This document shows, in pieces, positions 1 to 9,877 of a stretch of DNA of 64,000 nt. The stretch lies in assembly GCA_964637845.1 (NCBI GenBank), contig CAZWXI010000001.1:18762-82761 (forward strand). The letters run 5' to 3'. The notes beneath the pieces are model-generated. The model was not told where the DNA came from and searched no databases. It saw only the letters and a program-made list of their open reading frames with translations. Origin of the DNA: an uncultured Hyphomicrobiales bacterium (GTDB lineage Bacteria > Bacteroidota > Ignavibacteria > Kapaibacteriales > UBA2268). A program made the position numbers and the translations under genes. Positions within the stretch are counted from its first letter, which is position 1, and the number at the start of each line of letters is the position of its first letter.

Positions 1-837
1 AACATCTATATAATTATGATACTACTAACAACTATATGGCTGGGCGCAGTCGGTTTCCTTGATGATTATCTCAAAGTAATTAAAAAATATCCGCGGGGGC
101 TTATCGGAAAATATAAAATAGTAGGGCAGGTTACAATTGGACTTGTACTCGGCTCTGCAATTTATTTTTTTCCGCATTGGTTTTCGCAGGACTTTCATCT
201 CTATAACACACTAACTACCGTACCTTTTGAGAAAAATCTAAACCTTAACTTTCAATTTTTATATATTCCAATAGTTATTTTCATTTTAACCGCTACATCC
301 AATGCCGTTAATCTAACCGACGGGCTCGATGGTTTATCAATAGGTACTGTGGGTATAGCTGCTTTGGCTTTTGCTTTGATTGCATATTTCACAGGCAATG
401 TTCGATTTTCGGATTACTTGAACATAATTTATCTCCGCGAATCAGGCGAATTGACAGTTTTTGCAGTTGCTTTGTTTGGCGCATCACTCGGTTTTCTGTG
501 GTATAATTCATATCCTGCTCAAATTTTCATGGGTGATACGGGGTCACTTGCTCTCGGAGGCGCCTTGGGAGGTCTTGCAATTCTAATCAAAAAAGAATTT
601 CTCCTGCCAATTATAGGAGGAATATTTTTCGCAGAGGCACTATCTGTGATTATTCAGGTTGCGTACTTTAAATATACGAAAAAGCGTTGCGGCGAGGGGC
701 GAAGAATCTTGAAAATGGCTCCACTACACCATCATTTCGAGAAAATCGGGTGGCATGAATCTAAAATTGTAATGCGTTTTTATATAATTGCTGTTCTTCT
801 TGCAATTATTGCAATGACAACATTCAAAGTAAGATAA
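1..837 (+). CDS. mraY: Phospho-N-acetylmuramoyl-pentapeptide transferase MraY, 5' end truncated by window edge
   Basis: Frame 1 is open from nt 1. Translation has MraY-type motifs (GFLDDYLKV, NAVNLTDGLDGL, MGDTGSLALGG, APLHHHFE) and a polytopic membrane profile. Confidence 0.9.
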   Translation, partial: NIYIIMILLTTIWLGAVGFLDDYLKVIKKYPRGLIGKYKIVGQVTIGLVLGSAIYFFPHWFSQDFHLYNTLTTVPFEKNLNLNFQFLYIPIVIFILTATSNAVNLTDGLDGLSIGTVGIAALAFALIAYFTGNVRFSDYLNIIYLRESGELTVFAVALFGASLGFLWYNSYPAQIFMGDTGSLALGGALGGLAILIKKEFLLPIIGGIFFAEALSVIIQVAYFKYTKKRCGEGRRILKMAPLHHHFEKIGWHESKIVMRFYIIAVLLAIIAMTTFKVR

Positions 838-1671
838 TTAGTCTTTTGGATTAATTTCGGCGTTGAGGCGTTCAGTTTTGTTAATACTCAAATTTGCTAT
901 GTCTTTGGCTGTGATTCTTCTTCCACCGATGAAGTTTTTGTTATAGTAAGAAGATTCAAGCGAAGAAACTGTAACTCCATATCTCGAACTTGCGTGAGCA
1001 AACAAATTATCGCCTAAGTAAATACCTACGTGCGATGGAAACCTTCGAGAATATGTATGGAAGAATACTAAATCGCCAAATTCAAGTTGATTTTTAGGGA
1101 TGGTTCGCCCGATTTTCACTTGTTCACGAGCCACGCGTGGTATCAAAATATTAGCAGAAGCGAGAAAAATTTTCTGCGTAAATCCTGAGCAATCTATTGC
1201 TCTATTGGTTGTACCACCGAATCTGTATGGTGTGCCGAACCAATCCATGATTTCTTCCATCAATTCATCTTTCCTGATACCCGATTCCATATATGGTGAT
1301 TTAATATGGTCATCAATATACGAAAGCCAAAGCATTTTGAATTGTTCAATGTCTACCAGAACGTCGTCCTCGGCTTGAAGTTCGTCCACATCTTCGCCGA
1401 AGTCACCTTGTTCATCAAGGTCTTCGGCATGTTCAGCTAATTCGTTAAGAATGACTTCACTTTCGGGTCCATTGATAATTGGTTCGAGACCTGCTATTTC
1501 ACATACGTTTTCAGAAGTTGACCTGATTATTTGGATTGCTTGTTCGCGTGTTTTTTTGGGGTCGTATTTGCGCCGCTTTCTTGCTGAAGCGTCTTCTGTG
1601 AGGCTTATAAAAATTATTGAAAAAATTATTGAAAAAATTATTGACTTATTTATAAAGGTTCGTATATTCAT
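838..1671 (-). CDS. NlpC/P60 (C40) family peptidoglycan peptidase, secreted or membrane-anchored
   Basis: C-terminal domain has PYRFGGTT..AIDCSGF (catalytic Cys) and SHVGIYLG (His). N-terminal hydrophobic signal/anchor. ATG at 1669-1671. Its stop abuts the mraY stop with 0 nt spacer. Confidence 0.8.
   Translation of the reverse strand: MNIRTFINKSIIFSIIFSIIFISLTEDASARKRRKYDPKKTREQAIQIIRSTSENVCEIAGLEPIINGPESEVILNELAEHAEDLDEQGDFGEDVDELQAEDDVLVDIEQFKMLWLSYIDDHIKSPYMESGIRKDELMEEIMDWFGTPYRFGGTTNRAIDCSGFTQKIFLASANILIPRVAREQVKIGRTIPKNQLEFGDLVFFHTYSRRFPSHVGIYLGDNLFAHASSRYGVTVSSLESSYYNKNFIGGRRITAKDIANLSINKTERLNAEINPKD
1609..1644. repeat. Perfect 3x tandem repeat of the 12-nt unit AAAAATTATTGA, inside the NlpC/P60 signal-peptide coding region
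   Basis: Read directly: 1609-1620, 1621-1632 and 1633-1644 are identical. On the minus strand this encodes SIIFSIIFSIIF. Confidence 0.9.
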
Positions 1672-1924
1672 GCAGCACCTAAATTTTCTTTATGAAACTT
1701 TTCTTGTTTTAATGTGTTATGCATATTGTTTCAAATAGCAACTGTAGTATTTATGTCATTTTTCAAAAGTGTGTAAAAAAAATTACACTTTTAACATATA
1801 TAATGTAACACATTATTCCAAAAACACAAAATTAAAAAAAAATCATTTTACATTTTTTTTACAACGATGCTGATTATTCGTTATTTTTTTTCATTTTTGC
1901 TTTTTGTTAAGTAGAAAATGTGAA

Positions 1925-2716
1925 ATGATACTTTCCGTAATACAATTTGAGCCGCATTTCGGAGATGTGGAAGCAAACTATGAAGCTGTTTTACTATATG
2001 TAAAAAACTCACAATGTGACATAATTGTTTTTCCCGAACTTTGTCTGACCGGTTATGATTTCGCTTCAAAAGATGAAGCATTGGAATATGCTGATTCGAT
2101 TGATGAGATTGTGAACCATCAATTAAATCAGCTAGCTATTGACACGGGTAAGGTGATTGTACTTGGTTATCCTGAAAAGCAAGCCGACAAAATATACAAT
2201 GCCGTTACTGTTTATTACCCGCAGTCTGAATATAATTACACCTATAGAAAAATACACTTGTTTTTCAGAGAACGTTTTATTTTTGATGAAGGCGACTTAG
2301 GTTTTTTAGTCAAGTATTATCCCCCGCTCGATATCAATATCGGTGCAATGATATGTTATGATTGGAGATTTCCCGAAGCCGCGCGTACATTGGCATTGAG
2401 AGGTGCCGATTTAATTGTGTGTCCTTCAAATTTAGTCACAAATGTTTGGCATATTGCAACACCAGCACGAGCTTTAGAAAATAAAGTTTACCTTGCCGTT
2501 GCCAATCGTATCGGTATAGAAAACAGAAATGGAGAAGAACTCTTATTCAACGGCGAAAGTAGAATTTACTCATATAATGGTAGTGAATTAGCCAAGTCTC
2601 CACGTGCATCAGAATCCATTATCTATGCCGAAATCTTTCCGGAAAAAACAAGAGACAAATCATTTAACGAATTTAATGATATTTTTGCTGACAGAAGAAC
2701 GGGGTTTTATTTATAA
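1925..2716 (+). CDS. Carbon-nitrogen hydrolase (nitrilase superfamily) protein
   Basis: E-K-C triad context: FPELCLTGY, YRKIHLF, MICYDWRFPE. The ORF-track start at 1904 is TTG; the ATG at 1925 (MILSVIQFEP) is the more plausible start. Confidence 0.8.
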   Translation: MILSVIQFEPHFGDVEANYEAVLLYVKNSQCDIIVFPELCLTGYDFASKDEALEYADSIDEIVNHQLNQLAIDTGKVIVLGYPEKQADKIYNAVTVYYPQSEYNYTYRKIHLFFRERFIFDEGDLGFLVKYYPPLDINIGAMICYDWRFPEAARTLALRGADLIVCPSNLVTNVWHIATPARALENKVYLAVANRIGIENRNGEELLFNGESRIYSYNGSELAKSPRASESIIYAEIFPEKTRDKSFNEFNDIFADRRTGFYL

Positions 2717-2722
2717 ATTATT

Positions 2723-3448
2723 ATGATTGCGTTACAAGTAAATAACATAAACATGACCTTCAACAAAAGGTCAAAATTGCCAACAAGAGCACTTAAAAAT
2801 TTCAGCATGTCAATTAATCCGGGCGAAGTTGTAGGATTAATCGGTCCTAATGGAGCAGGAAAAACAACCTTGATAAGATTAATTATGGGATTTGAAAAGC
2901 CTGATTCCGGCTCAATTTCAGTTTTCGGAGTAGAAAATTCGAGCTTTCAGTACAAAAAATACGTCGGCTTTCAATCCGACAATCAATATAGGACTAAAGC
3001 AATAAAGACCTTTGATTTTATTGAATTCCATTCCAAATTAGCGGGTTTTCCCAACAATCAGGAACAAATAAGAGAACTATTGGAATATTTTAAACTGAGT
3101 AATGCTTTCGATAAAACTCTTGTAAGTTTGTCAAAAGGAATGAGGCAAAAACTTGAACTAATTACAGCATTTCTTGGTAAGCCCAAATTGGTAATTTTAG
3201 ATGAACCTACGGCAGCACTCGATCCGCCGTCGGTTTTTGAACTGCGTGATTTTATCGCCGGACAAAAAAGCCGGGGGGTTACGATTTTATTTAGTTCTCA
3301 CCACTTGACTGAGGTCGAAAAAGTATCGGATAGAATAGTTTTTATAGACTCCGGTGAGTTGAAAGGGGACGTTAACACACATGAGGTTGGTCCCGGTTTC
3401 ATCGAAGAAGCCTTTCGCCGTTATGAATCAGAGAGGAGGTTTATATGA
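2723..3448 (+). CDS. ABC transporter ATP-binding protein
   Basis: Walker A GPNGAGKTT, signature LSKGMRQK, Walker B LVILDEPTAALD, H-loop SSHH. Confidence 0.9.
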   Translation: MIALQVNNINMTFNKRSKLPTRALKNFSMSINPGEVVGLIGPNGAGKTTLIRLIMGFEKPDSGSISVFGVENSSFQYKKYVGFQSDNQYRTKAIKTFDFIEFHSKLAGFPNNQEQIRELLEYFKLSNAFDKTLVSLSKGMRQKLELITAFLGKPKLVILDEPTAALDPPSVFELRDFIAGQKSRGVTILFSSHHLTEVEKVSDRIVFIDSGELKGDVNTHEVGPGFIEEAFRRYESERRFI

Positions 3449-4227
3449 GTTCATTGATTATTACTATCGTCAAAATTGAATTAAAGCGATTTTTCACATT
3501 ACCAAAGATTATCGTGATGGGAATTGTGACTTTAGTCGCTTCTTTTATCGCAATAGTTCCTTCTCTAACTGGATTTCTTAATAGTGAGGCATCATCATTT
3601 TTTGTCGTCAAAGATATTGCCAGCTATATACTCAAAATAGTTATTCCATTCTCGGTTTTTTTCATTACTCCAGGTATCATAGCCAATGATATCAATAACT
3701 ACTGGTTCCGTACAGTTTTCTCCCGCCCCGTTGATAGGGGTGTTGTTCTTATTTCTAAATATATTTATGCTTCAGTAATACTGATTGTATTTGTAATATT
3801 ATATAGTGTAATTCCAGTATTTATTTTCTGGTTGACCGCACCACAAATCAAATTTCAGTTCATCCCCGTACTGATTATATTGATATTTTCATTGTTCGAA
3901 GGTATTCTGTTTATTAGCATTGCTGTTTGGTTTTCGTGTTTTTTGAGCAAATTTTTCAATGTTCTTTTATTGGCTATTTGGATGTTTGCTGATAGTACCG
4001 TAATTACCCCATTAATTTCTACTTTTTTATGGGATTCCCCTTTTTGGGCTGTATTCAGCGAATTCTTTTTTCCGAACGGATTTGCTAATTCAATGAGTTT
4101 TTACAGTTTGAAAAATGCGTTTCCGACAGAACATTTTTTCTGGGGGCTGTCTGCCTTAACTTTATTCATGGCTTTATCGTTCTATCATTTCAATAATATT
4201 AATATTGACAGGTCTGGCAATGATTAA
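3445..4227 (+). CDS. ABC-2 type transporter permease
   Basis: 4-nt overlap (ATGA) with the ATPase gene. About 6 hydrophobic helices. Position and size are typical of an ABC-2 permease partner. Confidence 0.6.
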   Translation: MSSLIITIVKIELKRFFTLPKIIVMGIVTLVASFIAIVPSLTGFLNSEASSFFVVKDIASYILKIVIPFSVFFITPGIIANDINNYWFRTVFSRPVDRGVVLISKYIYASVILIVFVILYSVIPVFIFWLTAPQIKFQFIPVLIILIFSLFEGILFISIAVWFSCFLSKFFNVLLLAIWMFADSTVITPLISTFLWDSPFWAVFSEFFFPNGFANSMSFYSLKNAFPTEHFFWGLSALTLFMALSFYHFNNINIDRSGND

Positions 4228-5101
4228 ATTTTTATCTGATAAAAGATTCATAGTTTTACTGACCATTTCATTTATATCCTTCATTGTGGCTATGTCAATT
4301 TACCTTAAAGAAATGAAAACCGACATCGTTTGGCTTGCCCCTGAAGAATCGATTCAACAAGCATTAAGCAAAAATAAATTCATCTATGCTAATCTTTATT
4401 CGAGATGGGACCCTTCTTCCAGTTTGAGATATTCGACACTTTTCAACAATGATAAAGTTACAAATTACTTAAACGAAAATTTTTTACCCGTTAGATTTGA
4501 TATGGCCAACCCTAATGATAAGCAAGAACTCGAAAAATATTTTGATTTACAATCATCAAAGTTCGATTTCATTACCGACAAACACGGCAGAATTCTCTCC
4601 TTTTTATCTACGAGTACTTCATATGAAAATTTTATAGCTATGCTAGATAATCTTACAAGTCTAAAATTCATTGAGTTTGATACTTTTCAAGATGCTAAAA
4701 GTAAAGCAAAGCAAAGACAAAGACCAATGATTTTGCTTGTCAGTAACTACGTCAATGATAATTTTTTTATTCATGAAATTTTTGATGTTGACAGCAATTA
4801 TAAATTTGCAACTGAAAATTTTGAAGTAGGTGTCGCTATGGCCTATCATAGCAAGGACTATGAACAAATCAACTATTTAGCAGACAAGAATGATGAAAAT
4901 GATGCTCTTAACAAATTTTTACCTTTAACCGGAAATATACTTACCGACCAACGCGCGTATTCTACAAAACCAAGATTGTATATGTTTGATAAAGATATGA
5001 ACATGATTGGCAAATTTCAAATGGAATACGATTTAATCAATCCCGAGACTTTTAGAGTTAAAATGACAGAATTAATGAAAAATATGGAAAGAAGCCGATA
5101 G
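4220..5101 (+). CDS. Membrane-anchored hypothetical protein, possibly a redox-inactive thioredoxin-fold duplication
   Basis: N-terminal TM helix. The segment KFIYANLYSRWDPSS...NFLPVRFD resembles the Thioredoxin_7/DUF255 layout with the CxxC replaced by DPSS. ATG at 4220 overlaps the permease stop by 8 nt; the track start at 4205 is TTG. Confidence 0.45.
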   Translation: MIKFLSDKRFIVLLTISFISFIVAMSIYLKEMKTDIVWLAPEESIQQALSKNKFIYANLYSRWDPSSSLRYSTLFNNDKVTNYLNENFLPVRFDMANPNDKQELEKYFDLQSSKFDFITDKHGRILSFLSTSTSYENFIAMLDNLTSLKFIEFDTFQDAKSKAKQRQRPMILLVSNYVNDNFFIHEIFDVDSNYKFATENFEVGVAMAYHSKDYEQINYLADKNDENDALNKFLPLTGNILTDQRAYSTKPRLYMFDKDMNMIGKFQMEYDLINPETFRVKMTELMKNMERSR

Positions 5102-5102
5102 A

Positions 5103-6461
5103 ATGTTCAAAAGCGTCCAAAATATACATTTTGTCGGTATCGGCGGTATCGGAATGAGCGGTATCGCTGAAATATTGTTAAGCCAAGGATTCAATATCAG
5201 TGGTTCTGACTTAAGCAATAACGAGAATGTTGCTTATTTAAGGAATAAGGGTGCTAAAATTTTCATAGGTCATGGAACTTCAAATGTAACAGATGCTGAT
5301 GTAGTTGTATATTCGAGTGCGGTTGACCCTTATACAAATCCCGAAACAGCGCGTGCCGCAGTGCTTGGAATTCCTATTATACGACGTGCTGAAATGCTTG
5401 CTGAAGTTGCCAGACTTAACTACTGCCTTGCGGTGGCAGGAACACACGGCAAAACCACCACCACGTCAATGAGTTCGTTGATAATTATTAATGCTGGGTT
5501 TGACCCAACTGTTATTGTTGGCGGAAGACTACGCGACTTTGGCGGAACAAATGCTCGGTTGGGCAATGGCGAATGGACCATTGTCGAAGCCGATGAATAC
5601 GACCGCTCATTTTTGCAACTTCAACCGACAGTTGCAGTAATAAACAACATCGAATCCGAACATCTCGACATTTACAAAGATTTTGATGACTTGACAGCTA
5701 CATTTACTCAATTTGCCAACAAAGTTCCGTTTTATGGAATTGTTGTTCTTGGAATTGATGACCCGGGTGTGCGTAAAATCGTAGCAAATATAAAACGCAA
5801 AACTATAACTTTTGGACTTGCTGATGATGCATATATAAGAGCTGATTCCGTTATCTATACTCCTGGCGGAGCGAGTTTTGATTTAACCGTTAATAGTAGT
5901 CATTTAGGCAGAATAGATTTACAAGTTCCGGGAATGCATAATATACGCAACGCCCTTGCATCAGTTGCGGTTGGATACCTCATGAATATTGATTTCGACA
6001 TCATTAAAAGCTCACTTGAGCAGTTCACCGGAGTTTACCGCAGATTTGATATTAAAGGTGAGCGAAACGGAATTTTAGTCGTTGATGATTACGCTCATCA
6101 TCCTACTGAGATAAAAGTCACTCTTGCGGCAGCACAATCATTTAATCGGAGAATAGTTGCAATATTTCAACCTCATACATATACTCGGACAAAAGCTATG
6201 TGGGAAGATTTTGCCAATTCATTTGAGGGTGCCGACATTGTGATAATCACGGGTATATATCCCGCTCGTGAAAATCCCATAGAAGGGATTACCGGTAACT
6301 TGATTGCAGAAAAGCTTCGTTTATTAGGTAAAGAGGTATATTATTTCGAAACTTTGCTGGAAGTCGCTGCTCATCTTAATAATATTCTTGTTGAAGGTGA
6401 CTTATTGGTAACAATCGGAGCAGGTAATGTTTGTGATATTGCCGACAGTTTTATTGCTTAA
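5103..6461 (+). CDS. murC: UDP-N-acetylmuramate--L-alanine ligase MurC
   Basis: HFVGIGGIGMSGIAE N-terminus, GTHGKTTTTSM P-loop, Mur ligase central and C-terminal domains (DDYAHHPTE). Starts 1 nt after the preceding stop. Confidence 0.92.
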   Translation: MFKSVQNIHFVGIGGIGMSGIAEILLSQGFNISGSDLSNNENVAYLRNKGAKIFIGHGTSNVTDADVVVYSSAVDPYTNPETARAAVLGIPIIRRAEMLAEVARLNYCLAVAGTHGKTTTTSMSSLIIINAGFDPTVIVGGRLRDFGGTNARLGNGEWTIVEADEYDRSFLQLQPTVAVINNIESEHLDIYKDFDDLTATFTQFANKVPFYGIVVLGIDDPGVRKIVANIKRKTITFGLADDAYIRADSVIYTPGGASFDLTVNSSHLGRIDLQVPGMHNIRNALASVAVGYLMNIDFDIIKSSLEQFTGVYRRFDIKGERNGILVVDDYAHHPTEIKVTLAAAQSFNRRIVAIFQPHTYTRTKAMWEDFANSFEGADIVIITGIYPARENPIEGITGNLIAEKLRLLGKEVYYFETLLEVAAHLNNILVEGDLLVTIGAGNVCDIADSFIA

Positions 6462-6551
6462 TAGCTTGCTTTTTTATTCGTCAAAATGAAATAACTGCTT
6501 AATATTTTTGTCATAGATTTAATTGAATGTTTAACAACATAATGTAGTATA

Positions 6552-8579
6552 ATGAAACAACTCGCGCTATTAGCCATACTTGCACTATTTACCTATCAAG
6601 ATTTACTATCAACTGAAGCTTTCTTAAAAAGCAGAATTATAGCAGAGGTCGGTAAAGAAAAAATAACCGCTTATGACCTTCACAACGCTTATCGAAAAAG
6701 CATTAATAGAATAGACGACCATATATTCAGAACTCATCGCGACTCCATCTTGGATTTTGTAAACCTTTATGCCGGTTTTAGACTTAAAGTAGCTGACGCT
6801 CTAAGTCGAGGTCTTGATAAGGATTCATCTGTTATTGCCGATATACGCCAAAATCGCAAAATTCTTGCGGAGTCATTTTTCTACGATAAAATGCTCGTCA
6901 ATCCCAATCTTGAACGTTTCTTGGAGATGAGAAAAAAGGAATATCAAGTCGGAATCATTCTAGTCAGGCATATACCTGAGGGCGACAACGAAACCATGAC
7001 TCCAGAAGATAAAGTCAGACTAATCCAGGTTAAATTGCAAGCTGGAGAAAGTTTCGAAGATTTAGCTCGGCAATATTCCGACGATAAAAGAACCGGCAAT
7101 CTTGGCGGACTAATTCAAAATTATATCACATCAGGTAAAGTTCAGAGGCCAATTGAAAATGCCATTTATAAAACTAAAGCAGGGAATGTTTATCCTGAAC
7201 CGATAAAGACTGATTTTGGCTACTTTTTCGTAAAAGTATTCAATGAAGCACCGCGTATGATGACCAAGCCACGCCACATATTAATTGCATCAGGTGAAAT
7301 TCGAAGCGATGAAGAAGCAAAACGAATTGCCGATAGTCTTTATAATCTGATTCTTAAAGGAGCAGATTTCAATAAATTAGTTCGTGAAAATTCAGACGAT
7401 TATACTTCCGCCGAAAAGGGTGGAGATTTAGGCGGCTATTATTCACGTTCAACTGGACTCGAAGCGACCGAATTACCTTTGGTAGCAGAATTTGAAGAAG
7501 CTATTTATCAACTCGAAAAAGGCGAATATTCAAAACCCGTCAAAACCGTTTTCGGCTATCATATAATTTATCAAGAAGACATAAAGGCTCCGGATCTAGA
7601 TAATGAAATAGAAGGACTGCGGAGGCTATACAAAACATTATACTTTACTCCCGACAAAAACCAATTAATGGATTCTCTAAAAAATCATTACGGATATAAA
7701 CTTAACGAGCAAAATCTCGACAAACTTGTTGAACAATTTGATACCAACCGTACCAATATGCAAGCCGACTGGGATAAAGGAATTACTACTGACATAGAAA
7801 AGTCAACTCTCTTTGAATTACTTAAAACTAACACTACTGTTGGAGATTTCATCAACATATTACGCAACGACGGCACTATGCGAGGTGCTTCGCTCAATAA
7901 AGAAGGTCTGCTTAAAGCTATTAATCATATAGTCGAACAAAGGGTATTTGAAGAAGCTACTAAAAATTTAGAAACTATTTATCCCGAATTCCAAAAACTT
8001 ATGAACGAATTTCGTGACGGTATTATCCTCTTCAAAGTAGAAGCAATGGAAGTATGGGACAAACTAAATAGCGAAGACATTGTCCTTTCACAAACCTACT
8101 ACGACTCAGCCAAACACAAATACATGACAGATTTATCCTTCGATATATCTGAAATTTACGTGATTCGTGAAGCAGATGCTAAAGCAATATATGAAAGAAT
8201 TAAAAACGGTGAAGACTTTGCTCAAATAGCCGCTACAGAGACTCAAAGAGCAGGATATAGAGAACGTAATGGTGCTTGGGGCGTTGTGTCAATTACCGAC
8301 AATCCTCTAGCTCGCAAACTTCAAGAACTAAATGCAAAAGCTGGCGATTTAGTCGAACCGTTCGAATATGAACGAGGTTTCTCTATAATCAAAGTACACG
8401 AAGTTCTTCCACCAAGACAAATGACATTTGAAGAAGCTAAAACAAGATTTGCCCCCAAAATTCAAGACATAAGGCAAAAAAAACTTAACAACGAGTGGCT
8501 TGCTAATTTAAAAAAGAAATTCAATGTTAAAATTCATGAAAAAGTCATTGATGAAGTAATAAGTCATTACAAAAAGTAG
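6552..8579 (+). CDS. Periplasmic peptidyl-prolyl isomerase, PpiD/SurA-like with parvulin domains
   Basis: Signal peptide. Two parvulin-type segments (DLGG...FGYFFVKV and GGDLGGYY...FGYHIIYQ). Confidence 0.8.
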   Translation: MKQLALLAILALFTYQDLLSTEAFLKSRIIAEVGKEKITAYDLHNAYRKSINRIDDHIFRTHRDSILDFVNLYAGFRLKVADALSRGLDKDSSVIADIRQNRKILAESFFYDKMLVNPNLERFLEMRKKEYQVGIILVRHIPEGDNETMTPEDKVRLIQVKLQAGESFEDLARQYSDDKRTGNLGGLIQNYITSGKVQRPIENAIYKTKAGNVYPEPIKTDFGYFFVKVFNEAPRMMTKPRHILIASGEIRSDEEAKRIADSLYNLILKGADFNKLVRENSDDYTSAEKGGDLGGYYSRSTGLEATELPLVAEFEEAIYQLEKGEYSKPVKTVFGYHIIYQEDIKAPDLDNEIEGLRRLYKTLYFTPDKNQLMDSLKNHYGYKLNEQNLDKLVEQFDTNRTNMQADWDKGITTDIEKSTLFELLKTNTTVGDFINILRNDGTMRGASLNKEGLLKAINHIVEQRVFEEATKNLETIYPEFQKLMNEFRDGIILFKVEAMEVWDKLNSEDIVLSQTYYDSAKHKYMTDLSFDISEIYVIREADAKAIYERIKNGEDFAQIAATETQRAGYRERNGAWGVVSITDNPLARKLQELNAKAGDLVEPFEYERGFSIIKVHEVLPPRQMTFEEAKTRFAPKIQDIRQKKLNNEWLANLKKKFNVKIHEKVIDEVISHYKK

Positions 8580-8581
8580 AA

Positions 8582-9877
8582 ATGAAAAAATCAATTTTAA
8601 CTTTCACTTTATTTGTTTCTCTTTGGCAGCTTGTTCATGCACAGCCAAAGCAAGGTGAGAGTCTCGACAGAATTGTCGCCATAGTAGGCAATGACGTTGT
8701 CATGAAATCAGACATAGATGCCCAAATTGCCACACTCCTCCAATATGAAACAAATATTGACCTGAACGATAAAAATCTCAGAAAGCAAATCCTTGACGGA
8801 CTTATTGACCAGCTTTTGATGGTTTATAAAGCGAAAGAGGATTCTATAATGGTTTCTGATGACGAAGTAAATCAACGAATGGAACTTCATCTACAGACAG
8901 AAATTCGCCGCTTTGGCTCTGAACGTAGAGTAGAGCAAGTTTACGGCATGTCGATTCCACGAATTAAGAATGAAATCCGAGAAAAAATCCGTCAAAGCTT
9001 ACTCGTCCAAAACCTGCTTGCCGTAAAATTTACCGAAATAAAAGTTTCACAAAAAGAAGTTGAAGATTTTTTTCTTCAAAAAGCTGATTCACTACCTGAA
9101 TTGCCAGCCGCTTACGAGCTATATCATATCGTCAAAAATGTACGAAGCGATGAAGATGCCAAAAAAACCGCTTACGAACTCGCCATGTCAATAAGAGACT
9201 CACTGCTTCGCGGGGCAAATTTTGCAGACTTCGCTAAACGATACAGCGGTGACCCGGGTACTGCAAATGATGGTGGAGAATTAGGATGGTTCGAGCGTGG
9301 TAAGCTATTTCCCGAGTTCGAAAGAGCCGCTTTCAGACTTGCAGTAAATGAAATTTCCATCCCTGTGGAAACTCCGTTTGGGTTCCATATTATCCAAACC
9401 CTTGACAAACGTACTGATGCCGTAAAAACGAGACATATTTTATTCAAATTCTCCCAATCTCAAGAAGATAAGCAAAAAGCCATAGATTTTCTTAACGATA
9501 TTCGTAAAAAAGTTGCAGAAGGTGAACAGTTTGACGAGCTTGCCAAAATATATTCTGATGATAGGGAAACTCGCGGTTTTGGAGGATTACTTGGTAAAAT
9601 ACCTTTTGGAGAACTCCCCGAAAGAATGAAAAATATTGTCGGGCAACTTAATGACGGTGAAATTAGTGAACCTATGTTATATGTATCAGACCCCACCAAG
9701 GAGTCATATCATATCGTTTACAGGAAGAAACTGCACCCGACGCATCGCCCCAATCTCAAAGATGATTACAGCGAAATTGAGCAATTTGCCGCAGAATACA
9801 AAAAACGCAAGCTATACGCGGATTTTCTCCAAAAACTTCGCAAAGAAATGCACTGGGAAATAGTAAGCGATTTTTAA
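8582..9877 (+). CDS. SurA-type periplasmic chaperone/peptidyl-prolyl isomerase
   Basis: Signal peptide, SurA-like N-terminal domain (DRIVAIVGNDVVMKSDID), parvulin domain (GGELGWF...FGFHIIQ). Confidence 0.8.
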   Translation: MKKSILTFTLFVSLWQLVHAQPKQGESLDRIVAIVGNDVVMKSDIDAQIATLLQYETNIDLNDKNLRKQILDGLIDQLLMVYKAKEDSIMVSDDEVNQRMELHLQTEIRRFGSERRVEQVYGMSIPRIKNEIREKIRQSLLVQNLLAVKFTEIKVSQKEVEDFFLQKADSLPELPAAYELYHIVKNVRSDEDAKKTAYELAMSIRDSLLRGANFADFAKRYSGDPGTANDGGELGWFERGKLFPEFERAAFRLAVNEISIPVETPFGFHIIQTLDKRTDAVKTRHILFKFSQSQEDKQKAIDFLNDIRKKVAEGEQFDELAKIYSDDRETRGFGGLLGKIPFGELPERMKNIVGQLNDGEISEPMLYVSDPTKESYHIVYRKKLHPTHRPNLKDDYSEIEQFAAEYKKRKLYADFLQKLRKEMHWEIVSDF

